From Laetmonice hystrix (lineage: Eukaryota): a stretch of 64,000 nt of DNA. Positions 12,391 to 23,094 of the stretch are shown piece after piece. Below the pieces are notes generated by a model. It saw nothing but the letters and a program-made list of their open reading frames with translations, was not told where the DNA came from and searched no databases. The stretch lies in contig OZ249450.1 in assembly GCA_965235115.1 (NCBI GenBank), positions 16,740,001-16,804,000 on the forward strand. Reading direction: 5' to 3'. A program made the translations under genes and the position numbers. Every line of letters begins with the position of its first letter. Within the stretch, counting starts at the first letter, position 1.

Positions 12391-12640
12391 GCCAGGTGTG
12401 TACGGGAAGCGGCCGAGCCTGGGCCGGGCCATATCTCACCGTAAACGGTCATTGAGCTGTCTCCAGCCGTCTCGGGGACGGGCGGTGAATGACCAAAGCC
12501 CGCCCGTAATATCCGCCCGTTAAGCCCGTCCATTACGGGCAGGACGGGGCAGGGACGGAGCACAGACGGGGCACGGCCGGGGCACGGCCGGGGCACGGCC
12601 GGGGCACGGACGAGCCACAGCGGGCCCCGGCCACACTCAC

Positions 12641-12695
12641 CCGCAGCCGGTGGCCAGGCACGCCGACAAATCACCTCCTTAATAGGTATCGATTC
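12641..12695 (-). other. Possible short exon (5' UTR of the iGluR gene?)
   Basis: Acceptor tttgttccag| and donor |GTGAGT 55 nt apart. No homology support. Confidence 0.25.
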
Positions 12696-13853
12696 CTGGA
12701 ACAAACTTCATTGTTAGAGGAAGGCACTACTTCATAACTCACACATGAATACCAGCGGGCTTCTCTCGACGCACATTGTGGGGACAACTAATTCAATTGA
12801 CGACCGCAGTAAAGTTCTTCAATGAAGTCGTATTTAGGTGACCCTCACTTGTATATAATGATGTTGTTTACGGTTAGGGCGGGGTGAGGTACCCAACGGG
12901 AAAATCTTCACAGCAAGGGTCGGATAGTTGTAGACAGAATGGTTATAGTCTTAAATTTGACAATTCAAAGGCAATTAACAAGTCAGGATTAGACGGAAGC
13001 GTGCTAGGAATATCGAAGTAACGTTCGCTTGCACCTATTATAGTATAGTATAGTATAGTAGACATGTGGTATTAGCGTGTATGTGTGTACCTGTAAGGAT
13101 TGTGGCCTACATACATTTTGATAGTTCTCCATTATAGCTGTACATGTTCTCCAGCAAAAACCATCACATTCTGAGTGGGGAAAGCACCTATACATGTCTA
13201 TGAATTATGCAGCATTCCTGGAGTCCGACTCCCTCATGAATACGGTTGCCCATATGTACAAACCACTGCACCAACAGCGAGACCAGTGGCGGTGGTGGTG
13301 AGTTGGTTTTTGTACGTTCTGTCAGCAACTGTTTGCCATATTCAGGATGGGAACGAGATTAAGTCTGTTTTTATTATTCCGTACGCAATGATGGTGAGAT
13401 ATAGGCCGACGTGTAAATAATATTGTAATAAATGTAGGGAAATACACTCCGATGAAAATCGTATTGTTTACTTGAAACAATGATGACATAGATATGAATA
13501 TGAAGGTAACTATAAAACTGATCATAGAATGATAGCTATAGACCTATAGACAATAGATCTATAGATAATGTAGTGTCATCGCCATGGTGAATCATAACGT
13601 CATGGTTGTGTGTACAGGGAATACCTACTTCTGGTGATGCTGTGCATCTATACCGGCCAGTATTGTAAGGGGAGGGGGGTAATTTTCTGCAGGTGTAATA
13701 CTGTTTTTAGTTTATTTTTTTTCGACAGAGGCCGCTTTTACCAAGGTCAATCATGCCCCGAGTCAAAGCGAGGGCATGGGCCGATTATGTGGAAAACCAT
13801 AATTACTTCCGGTACGTCATATACCTCTAAATCTATCGCGACAGCAGCGCCAC

Positions 13854-14384
13854 CTACACAAAGCTCTGTAGCTCTAGTTGTGACACGAGGTTCATGTTTG
13901 GGTACACTTCGTTTGGAATCGTTATGTAATCCGGCTTCTGGAACATATCGGTGTCACGTAGTGCTTTACAGAACCGTTCAATCCTTGCATAGATTCGCTT
14001 CTGTTCAGCGGAAGTTTGCGCCGCTGCGCACTCGGTGAGGAGTAGCACCGTTTCGTAGATGACGGCCTTGTGCTGGTCCTCCTTAATGAAGTCGATCTCT
14101 GAGCTGAGGCGTTTCTCCAGCACCGCAGATACCACCGTGATGACGATGATACAGAAGTTGTTGCTCAGGATGGTCCAATCAAGATGCGTGAGGAAGAAAA
14201 ACAGCAGGAACGCCGTGACGTCAGCGGCGAGAACGAGGCAGCCGAAGGTTGCGAAGACGATGAGGACGTAGCGGAGTTTGGGAGCGCTGATGTCGGTACC
14301 AGAGCCAATGTACTCGACGGCCAGGTGCTCGGCTTTCAGAGCTCGGTATGTTATCCAGCCCTGAACTACGCGTGTCGCAATAAT
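13854..14384 (-). CDS. Four-TM membrane protein paralog A, last exon
   Basis: Acceptor cctgttctcag|ATT, phase 0. Encodes IIATRVVQGW...WTILSNNFCII...DQHKAVIYETV...RDTDMFQKPDYITIP...QSFV*. Strongly similar to 34198-34725. Confidence 0.85.
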   Translation of the reverse strand: MIATRVVQGWITYRALKAEHLAVEYIGSGTDISAPKLRYVLIVFATFGCLVLAADVTAFLLFFFLTHLDWTILSNNFCIIVITVVSAVLEKRLSSEIDFIKEDQHKAVIYETVLLLTECAAAQTSAEQKRIYARIERFCKALRDTDMFQKPDYITIPNEVYPNMNLVSQLELQSFV

Positions 14385-14850
14385 CTGAGAACAGGTAAAC
14401 ACAGCGGAACTTGGAGATAACGAATTCTGAGCCGGGATGGACGGGGCAAGGACGGATCTAGGATATCAGTTGGAGAAAACATTTTAAAACCTTTAATTGG
14501 TTCCCCTTCCCCCCGGATTACACGGGCCAGTGTTACGGCGAGGCAGGGCCCGATCCAGGATTTTTTTCAAGGGGGGGGGGCTCCAGTCGTCTAGTCCGAT
14601 ATTATTATTATTTTATGAAATATATAGGCTACTACCCGTTTTAGATTCCAGATTCACACTGTAGTTTCTTGTCTTTCTTTTTTTTTTCTTTTTTAGGGGG
14701 AGGGGGGGGGGTTCTAAGGGGGGTTACAACCCCCCCCCCATCCGTCCCTGCATAGAAGCTACTCTCAATGTAAGAGTTGCCATTATAATATGATGAGTTC
14801 CCTATTACGATATTCTCTTTGAGAGACCTGAATGAGAGACGGATGCTCAC

Positions 14851-15009
14851 CAAGCAGGCGACCGTCGTCTCGACGGTGGAGGCGGCCAGGTGGAGGTCAG
14901 CGTCCACCGTCCGGAGGCTGAGACCAGCCTTCACACCGCCTAACGTTATGGCCGCCAGGTGGAGCGTCAATAGCAGCGCCTCGCTCGAAATGAGCGCCCA
15001 TAGGAAACT
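14851..15009 (-). CDS. Four-TM membrane protein paralog A, middle exon
   Basis: ctatttcag|SFLWALISSEALLLTLHL...LHLAASTVETTVACL|GTGAGC. 159 bp, phase 0-0, same length as the paralog B exon. Confidence 0.85.
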
Positions 15010-15078
15010 CTGAAATAGGGACAAGTAATAGGTTAACACTGAGGAGATTTAAATAATCAAGTCTCGTGACGTTAAAGG

Positions 15079-15109
<31 letters not shown>

Positions 15110-15564
15110 GCAGAGCGCAGAGAGAAAGACAAAGACAGAGACGTTCCAGTCGTTATCAGCTTATAGGGCCGAACCATCGTCAGATTGTTTCCATGGCAAC
15201 GTATTGAATTGTTGGCATCATCAGACCAAATAATTTATTGACTATTGTCTCAATCAGATCACATTCGTTAATTTTTTAGTGATAATCACAAAATATAGCG
15301 CCAAATTATTGAGACGTAGGGGAGAGCACGAGAATTAGGGCAGCCATTCAGCGACTTGTGGAACTAATTCTGTAGAAAGAGAACTCGGCTCAAGCCAGGG
15401 AATGGCCATGACGTCACGCGTAAGGAAATATATACATTATCGCTCGGGTGTGATCAGGTCCAGTCTTTCGCGTTATGAAAGGGAAGTACCTACGCCCGGA
15501 CTAATTGGCCACAGGCTGACTTGTGCCGAGAAATCCAGCCACTAACGTTAGGCGTAACGATCGT

Positions 15565-15654
15565 CAATCGGAACGACCGAGCCATTTCCGGTTTACTTTC
15601 CTTTCGGGAACAAGAAAGAAAAGTAAACCGGAAATGGCTCGGTCGTTCCGATTG
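15565..15654. repeat. Perfect 35-bp inverted repeat (hairpin) in an intron of paralog A
   Basis: CAATCGGAACGACCGAGCCATTTCCGGTTTACTTT (15565-15599) and its exact reverse complement (15620-15654), with a 20-nt loop. Confidence 0.9.
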
Positions 15655-15767
15655 AATGATCGTGTGTAATATCTATACAATGGGAGTGCGCCCTCTGCAT
15701 GTTCAGGCCTACGTTCTGTGGTAGGATTTTAACGTTGTGGTCCAAAAGGGGGCGCCACTTATCTCAC

Positions 15768-15950
15768 CTTTGCTGATCTCCGATTGGCTGCCGAGAAGCA
15801 GCTGCAGCAGGTCTGCTGTAGTATGTTGTGTACCCGCTGGGAGCGCTGCTGACTGTGGTCTATACGGAACCTGGTAACGTACTTGTTACCCCGGTCGGCA
15901 TCCTGTCCGAGCACGATACAACCTTCAGCCGACTCGGACACGGTCGTCGC
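15768..15950 (-). CDS. Four-TM membrane protein paralog A, N-terminal-region exon (start exon not identified)
   Basis: gtcgcag|ATTVSESAEGCIVLGQDADRGNKYVTRFRID...CCSC...AK|GTGAGA. 183 bp, phase 0-0. An in-frame stop just upstream implies an earlier exon. Confidence 0.8.
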
Positions 15951-16190
15951 CTGCGACAGCTAACAAACATAGTACAGAGCGCATGGATACCGGACTTCTT
16001 TTTTTGGGGGGGGGGGGCATATTCAAATTTTCTCATTCAGATCGCATTCTTTGTTTGTGTATAGGCTAAAGCTTCTTTGAGCAACTGTTAACATAGGCCG
16101 ATTAACCAAAGCTCTTCATCTCATGACTGGGCCTATCTTTCAGGGCATGATCAGCCAAATCGGATCCAAAATCCTGCGGAAATGGCTAAA

Positions 16191-16307
16191 CAGGGTGTCC
16201 CATAAAATGTGTATACAGTAGTGCGCAAATAGCGACTTCTTTAGGATATATCTGCGTCGCGTTTTGAAAATCATGCACTTTTTTTCTGCATGTATAGGAA
16301 CACCCTG
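16191..16307. mobile_element. Short Tc1/mariner-like MITE
   Basis: Ends CAGGGTGTCC / GGAACACCCTG resemble mariner-type TIRs. The TA target duplication is degenerate. Confidence 0.4.
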
Positions 16308-18668
16308 TGTTCTCTTCGTGGGCCGGGTGTCTGGCCGCACTAGATTCAAATGTTGATTTTTTTCTTTTCATTGGGCCTCCATGGTTCTCTATAGGCAGGG
16401 CCTTCAAAAATCATGTTCTGTTAAAAAGTGCTCGAAATGAAATGTTTCTGAGGCCTACATAACATTAAAATGGCGATGCTGCAAAATTTACCAATCAGTT
16501 TCAGTGTTCCAATACTTACACCACTCTGACTTTTTCTGAGGCCGAAGAGCTGACTACCGAAGTCCGGCGTTCCTCTGTCTGTGACGTCAGAGTCGGATCC
16601 TGTGGGCGCCTTGTACGCGTCTCCCATGATGCTCTGGGGTCCCGGAGTTCATCAGTGAGAAACCTAGAGTAAAATTTCACGGTACCTCACGAGTAGGGTA
16701 ACGCTCCAGATGAAAGGATCTAGCATTCAGGGAGGTTGGAGGTTGGATTCAAACAGGTGAAACTGACAACCACAATTAATGAAGGCGAATTCTGATTGCC
16801 TTTTCAAGTTGGTACCTCTCCCTCTTGATTTCAGATCCCGACAATCTTGGGAACGCAAAACGAACGTGAGAAGGTTAAATATGAATCGAATACTCCACAG
16901 CACACCAAGAGGTCTGTGACTGATGGTGTGCTAGCTGGAGGGCTACCTCTGTGACGTAATTATGTGCTGATAATTACAAAACGAACGTACCAGTCAGGTC
17001 CTTAACGATCGCCGACCATAGAGCGGTCAGAACCGGTCCCAGACACCTGAGTATTTGATATGAATGCGTGCTTTCCTCACGTTCTCCGTACGTCAACACG
17101 GCTGACTGTGCCATTGATGCCGGTTTAGCTGTTCCACATAACTCGACGGTCAACAAATAAACGGGACCAGTCGGCGGCCTGCAGTTTCAGCCTAGATGTG
17201 GGCCACTCTGTAGCTGAGGACCAGCCACAAAGGCCTGACTGAAGCATCTGGTCAGTATTGGCAGAGACTTCATTAAAAATGTATTCCTCTCCAACCTGGC
17301 ACCACACGAACAATCTCATGAGAAAACATTGGGGGGGGGGGAAGTTTCGATTTTTGTCTTTGTTCCCCGATCGAGGAGCTATCTTTCCCTGGGTTGAATA
17401 ACCAGGATTTATCGTCATTGTCATTTCATGAGAACAATCTTCGGTTTGGGACAGGTACTCTTGTGATCAGTATTGTGATTTTAATATTGATGTCCATCAC
17501 CTGTGCCAACTGGGCGTGACGTGACATTGTAAATAAACTTTTTTATTATGTTATAAAGCAATAGCGACAGAATTAAGTTTTACGTGCACACGTGGGAATT
17601 TTTAAATGAGTAGAACTCGTTAAGTGAATTGGCCTATATAAACGCCTTAAATGATTTTTTTTCATGAACCAGTCCAACAGAATCTAGGAAAAGATCGAAA
17701 TTGCAGCCTTCATGACATGTGGCATGAAACGCGTTGTTTTACACATCCGGCTCCCGTTGTAAGTGCAGCTGGAGCACATCTTTTTACATGCCACCTGAGT
17801 TCGTCGACTGCAACATTCCGTAAACCCTCTGACCCAAATACAACAAAGATGACACTCGGGAGCTATCCCAGGAGGGGGTGGAGGGGGGGGGGGTATCCTG
17901 ACAAGCGAGTCACCTGGGGTATTTACCATTGTCGTTTGTCTACATCGGCCTACATACAATATCCAACATGTCACTCAGTATGGGAAAGTCTTTGGCATTA
18001 TCCGAAAACCTTCCTCTTCTATATTTTTAGATTCCATTTAGCACACTGTTAATTCGGAACAACGTCACAAGATTTGATCGCTTACAGTGCATTACGCTTT
18101 AATAATGTAACCTTTATCAGGGATAGTGTAACTTGTAGCAGCGTGTGCTAAAGTTTATTAAGGCGGGATGGGGAACCAGCAAACAACTTGAGATATTCTT
18201 GCTGTCGATCAGACGCCAATGGTGATGTATCCCCGCTTCAGAAATTTCTCGGCTCTAATAAAAAAAAAACAGTTCTGTTCCCTACATGAGACAGGTATAC
18301 ACAAATATTTAAAGCTGGTCTTTCTTTTAATGATAATGATGATGCCCCCCAAATTTTATGATTATCATCTCAAATCTTTATTTTTTTTCTTGTTTGTTAT
18401 TCTTATGCGGATCGAGCTTAATTATAGTGGATCTTCATCCGCAGTTTCTTCTGATCAAAATTAATACATAATAAATAAAAATGTTTGAAAATTTCTCGAT
18501 AATCATGGTAGTGTGGCACTAAGTTGCCTAATATCATTCCATGTAAGTGGCGACACCTGTAGTATGAATGTAGAATTACATCCACAACGCCGACCCAACT
18601 ATGAGACTCTGAATCAATTAGCCATGTGGCGATCAGCATAACTCGGGAACTTAAAGATCACCATGCCG

Positions 18669-19745
18669 TTATATCAATGACTGCGGTCCACTCATTCTGT
18701 AGAAATGTTTGTAGACAAGAAATCGTTGTTTCTCGCGCGACCAGATGAAAACCATGTCAAACTGTGACACCTTGTGAATAGTGTACCATTGTTCCGCTGG
18801 GTGCCGCTGTAGTCTGGTATATTGTACATTGAAGCCGTTCACGTGTAACGTGGAAGCGTTCATTTGGTCAAGAACCAATCCGAAGTATACGTCTTCCAGC
18901 TTGAAGTACGGTACATTTTTAGATTTGTCCACCAGTCTTCTGGCCAGGTCTAACTTCATCAAAAAGGTGGTGCCGATACAATACGGTGGGTAGAAAGTAT
19001 GAGGGTATGTTTCATACGAGATATACCATCTGTGTCCCATCCGTCTTAGCGGCAGAGTCCGGCCCAGGCAGTGCCCAAACATCTTGTCTGTGAACATATC
19101 GTCATGTTCCTCGACTAAGTGCACAACGCCAGGAACATTGACGTACGTATCGTCTGCCGCTCTCATGACGTATTTGGCGGTGGGGCAGTTGTCAAGGACC
19201 CATCGTAGGCCGGTGAGGACTTTCACTGTGAGATGTTCATACGTGTCGGAATAATCTTCTTGTAGAATGTCTCCGTGTTCTTCGCTCTCCTTCCCGATCT
19301 GTCTCTGCTCCTCGCCCACAGCCAGGCCCACCAGGAACACATATCTGACACGTCCCGTATTATTCTTGGCGAATTTCGCCCAGGAGTTCCGGATAGATTC
19401 TCTTGCCGCCGCGTTCTTGGTTGCTGTGGTAATCACAATTACCATGATGATGGGTCTACCTGAGCCTCCCGAACAGACTCGCTTGGGATCTATCTCTTTC
19501 TTATAGTTCAACCGGAAGCATCCGTTACAGGACGATTTAACTGACGTGACGTTATACGTCACGTCACGTCGTGTCACGACGGTGACGTTACGTCGTGTCG
19601 GTATTGTAACGTAAACATCCTCTTTCCCGCTAAGTTGGGTCCCAGTGTAGACGCAGAGAGCGGAGAGGGCGGCGAACGCCATGACGAGGGCGGGAACCTG
19701 GCGCTGACGGTCTTTAACTCCCGTGTCGTGAGGGCGACACTCCAT
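18669..19745 (-). CDS. Beta-1,3-galactosyltransferase-like (GT31 / galactosyl_T), intronless, 358 aa
   Basis: Type II TM segment near the N-terminus, then R--IR-SW, VFLVG, E---HGDIL--D--DTY-HLT-K, YVMRAADDTYVN, YP-YPPYC-G, EDVYFG motifs. Confidence 0.93.
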   Translation of the reverse strand: MECRPHDTGVKDRQRQVPALVMAFAALSALCVYTGTQLSGKEDVYVTIPTRRNVTVVTRRDVTYNVTSVKSSCNGCFRLNYKKEIDPKRVCSGGSGRPIIMVIVITTATKNAAARESIRNSWAKFAKNNTGRVRYVFLVGLAVGEEQRQIGKESEEHGDILQEDYSDTYEHLTVKVLTGLRWVLDNCPTAKYVMRAADDTYVNVPGVVHLVEEHDDMFTDKMFGHCLGRTLPLRRMGHRWYISYETYPHTFYPPYCIGTTFLMKLDLARRLVDKSKNVPYFKLEDVYFGLVLDQMNASTLHVNGFNVQYTRLQRHPAEQWYTIHKVSQFDMVFIWSREKQRFLVYKHFYRMSGPQSLI

Positions 19746-20033
19746 GGTGCTGCCCTCTATTGACGATGTAGATTAGGTGCAACGTAATCCCATGCACTAA
19801 AGTCTCAGGGGGAGCATGCCGAACGATTACGGCAAGGAGCATCCTCGCATTCTGCTGATCTCATGTGATGCTGCAATGAGTATAAAACAATGATTTTCAA
19901 TCATTAAACATGCAAGTGTAATGAGCTGAACACTCTCATTCAGCCAAAGTGACTTCACCCCCAGGTACTTTCCAATTTCTAAGTCGTATAGCCATAAACT
20001 TTCACCCCTTATAAGTTTCCTTTCTTAGAAAAA

Positions 20034-20184
20034 GACCGTGAACGCTGACTCTCAGTGTAGATGTTCACATGTGACTGGACACATAGTAACGTGTCTCGGA
20101 CCCTTTGACAGGTCGACCGTGAACGCTGACTCTCAGTGTAGACGTTTACATGTGACTGGACACATAGTAACGTGTCTCGGACCC
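20034..20184. repeat. 81-bp direct duplication (x2)
   Basis: GACCGTGAACGCTGACTCTCAGTGTAG...GTGTCTCGGACCC at 20034 and 20115. Confidence 0.9.
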
Positions 20185-23020
20185 CATGAGAGGTCGTCCG
20201 GTCAGGCAGTGAATGTACTTGATGTGGGGTTGACTTGGTTCACCTACACCACATGAAGTTAGTAGGCAGGGTGAATCGGGGTGGGGGAAGGCGGGTGGGG
20301 TGGTGATCAGATAGCCAGGTAATGTTGAACGTAGCTGTTGCACTAAGGCCCCCAAAAGTATTTCGTTTCTTGTCACATAACATCCCCCCACTCCCAGGTA
20401 AAAAAAAAAGTTTGTTGTTTGCTTGGGTTTTTTTCTGAAAAAAAAACATCATATTAATTTTGTGGTGAGCAGTATAGCACTCTAGCATGCCATTGCAACG
20501 GTGTTTAGAAGTATTTAGCTGCGATGTTTCCCATGTGCACTTATAACATATAAATCGGCCATTGTTTGCCTGGAGCGGTGGGGTTCGCGTTCTACCTTTC
20601 CGTACATGAGTGATCTTAGCTGAGTGTGGTTTTATCCCCGTCACGGGTCAGTGGACCTTCAATAACTGCGCACCTATACCGACTGATAGGATCACCATAA
20701 CGGAAGGCCCGCCTAGCACTAACTTTATAACAACCTATCTTTCCATCTGATGTGTTGGTATATGGAAAGAGGAAAAAAGAAGAAATTCTGTATAGAGCGA
20801 GGCAACGTCACATCTTCCTTCTTGCCATTTACTTCTTGAAAAATGATGGAATTTCTGGTGACTCACGTTTCACCTTTGTTTTTATTTATTTCCCCCTCCC
20901 CCATCGACTTCTACTGACTTACCCAGAAAAACAAGTGGTTTGGCGAGTTCCTTGAGTTGATGTTAAAAAGATAACTTGTATTGAACCGCAGAAGCCGTGG
21001 CTGTATGTGGCTATGGGTTAGAGCCAAACGCCGCAGTGACAACCAGACAGCAGGACTAACACATTTTTGTGAAAAGGATAGGCCTAGGCCCTGTCCTGAA
21101 TTCGGGACATCCCAGTTGGCGCGGCCAAATACTTCCGAATCTAGGTGTTTTAGATTACCCAGCGTAGTTCTATATAATTACTTTGTCAACTCTGCCAAAG
21201 AGTCCGTGATTTTTTTGGCGCTGATATCTTTCTCAAATATGGGAGGATCCATGCAGAACGTAATGGCCTCATCCTCAGCAAAGTTTCTTCTTTTATCATA
21301 TAATTTCCGAATTAGTCCATTTCTGACCCATAGTACGTCTAATCTAGAAGGAAAACACTGAATTACATACCTGGAATAAACTGCTGTATGTCGTGAAAAA
21401 GGTGCAACAGGTCCAAAAATTGCTGGTAACTTTTGTTGGAGACCTACACTGAACTCGACAAGACAATGTGTGGCATGGGTTCCCGTCCTTCTCCGCATGT
21501 CAGCGACAGTTGTGAAGTCGAGCGTGGTGGACAGTCACCGTCAGTTCAAGGTGTCGGTATACTGCGTCTATATCATTTGGAAGCTTCACATGATCAACTT
21601 GAATCGGTTCTTTATTTGCATTTTTTATACTTAAATGAAAGAAATTAGTATATTATGAATATCCTGGGAGGTAAGGCGGTAAAATGGGTCACGTGACGTA
21701 ATGCATCAATAATCCTGCAGAGGTCGCTGTGTTCACTCAACTGTGTCACTGAGACCTGGTTTCACCTGAGGTCGCTAGGGGGCAGGTGTAAGTCGGTCAA
21801 ACAGAACGCGAGGGGATTGCTGCTCGATAAGCTAAATTTCAGGTCGTCAAGGTCATTTCATAGAGGTCGTAAATCGCCTGACTCTCAACGAGACCTGAAA
21901 CTGAGTAAAGGAGGACATTACAACATGCTATCCTAAGGTGCCCCCCCCCCAAAAAAAAAAACAAATAAATAATTAAATAATTAAATAATTATATAAATGG
22001 AATGAATGAATGTGTGGAGCTCTTCATATAGGCCTAAATATGTTGTCGTTACAGACTTTGTAAACATGTCACAGGTGAAAAAAAGGTTTCACGCGATCAT
22101 GGTCTATAACCCGTCACACTGAAGCACCGTTTTGTTAATTGCTTACAGTCATCTAATGACTGAATGAGGTCATGACATAAACTGATCATCATACGAAGTT
22201 TATAATATACAGGAATGAACGCGTTTGATATATTTGAGGGCAAAGCCCTGGGAAACAATATATGAAAGATAATGACATGTATGCGGGCATTGGGTGATAT
22301 ATCGGGAGAACAGCAATAATAAATATATCAGAGTATATGGAGGAAGTTACATATTTGAGCGGCATAAATCTGATATTGCTTTCTAGGAAAACACAGACAC
22401 AGGAAGGAAAACACTTACTTCCGTATAAGACTCCTAGTTCTGTCAGCAGGAGGCTTGCATTAATTAGAATAGTAGTATGTCATGTTCTGTTACACTCTTT
22501 AGTTTGTTGTATAAATATATCTGGACACCATGTCTCGGTGAGGGGGATGGTAACGTGTTGTTCAGACAGGTGTTTAATTGAGGGAGTGAAGAGCAAATGG
22601 AGAATTGATGCCGAGTGGCCGTTTATTTTGTGAGTCTTTATCACACCATCCAATCTAACACTAGTGTGACTCCGTTTGCCGATTTAGGAGAAGTCATCTG
22701 TATCAATTTACAACTAATAAAACTTCAACATTGCGTTAAGATTAAGATTATAATTATTCAATACGAGGGGCAGGGGGACTTCCCTGCTTCCATGTCTGTT
22801 TGATTTGACCTGTCTTGACCTTGAGAGAAGCCATGTTAAGGAGAGAGTTGGGACGCTGGCGATGTCTGGGACTGGTCTACGTCCGCCCCCCTCCCACAGT
22901 TATACGACCAGGTTATACCATTAAATCAACCTTGGTCAGCGACTGCCGACACATAATTAACGGCGTCCGCACAAATTAGGTTATGAGGTATGATTCTGGG
23001 GACGGCTAGAGGCGTCAGAT

Positions 23021-23040
23021 CACGTGGTCACTATATAAAG
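23021..23040 (+). promoter_or_regulatory. Core promoter of the His-rich gene: E-box and TATA box
   Basis: CACGTG (23021) and TATATAAAG (23032-23040), about 60 bp upstream of the signal-peptide ATG at 23095. Confidence 0.6.
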
Positions 23041-23094
23041 TGCGAGTATCCGGTGGAGGAGGAGGGAGTCGGACCACACACTACATGGGATAAC

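Noticed and set aside
16421-16627. MGDAYKAPTGSDSD... as the first exon of paralog A
   Set aside because: The only plausible donor (TTCG|GTAGTC) is phase 1, while the next exon needs phase 0.
22990-23094. N-terminal extension of the 798-aa ORF from ATG 22990
   Set aside because: It spans the TATA box and would bury the signal peptide. ATG 23095 is preferred.
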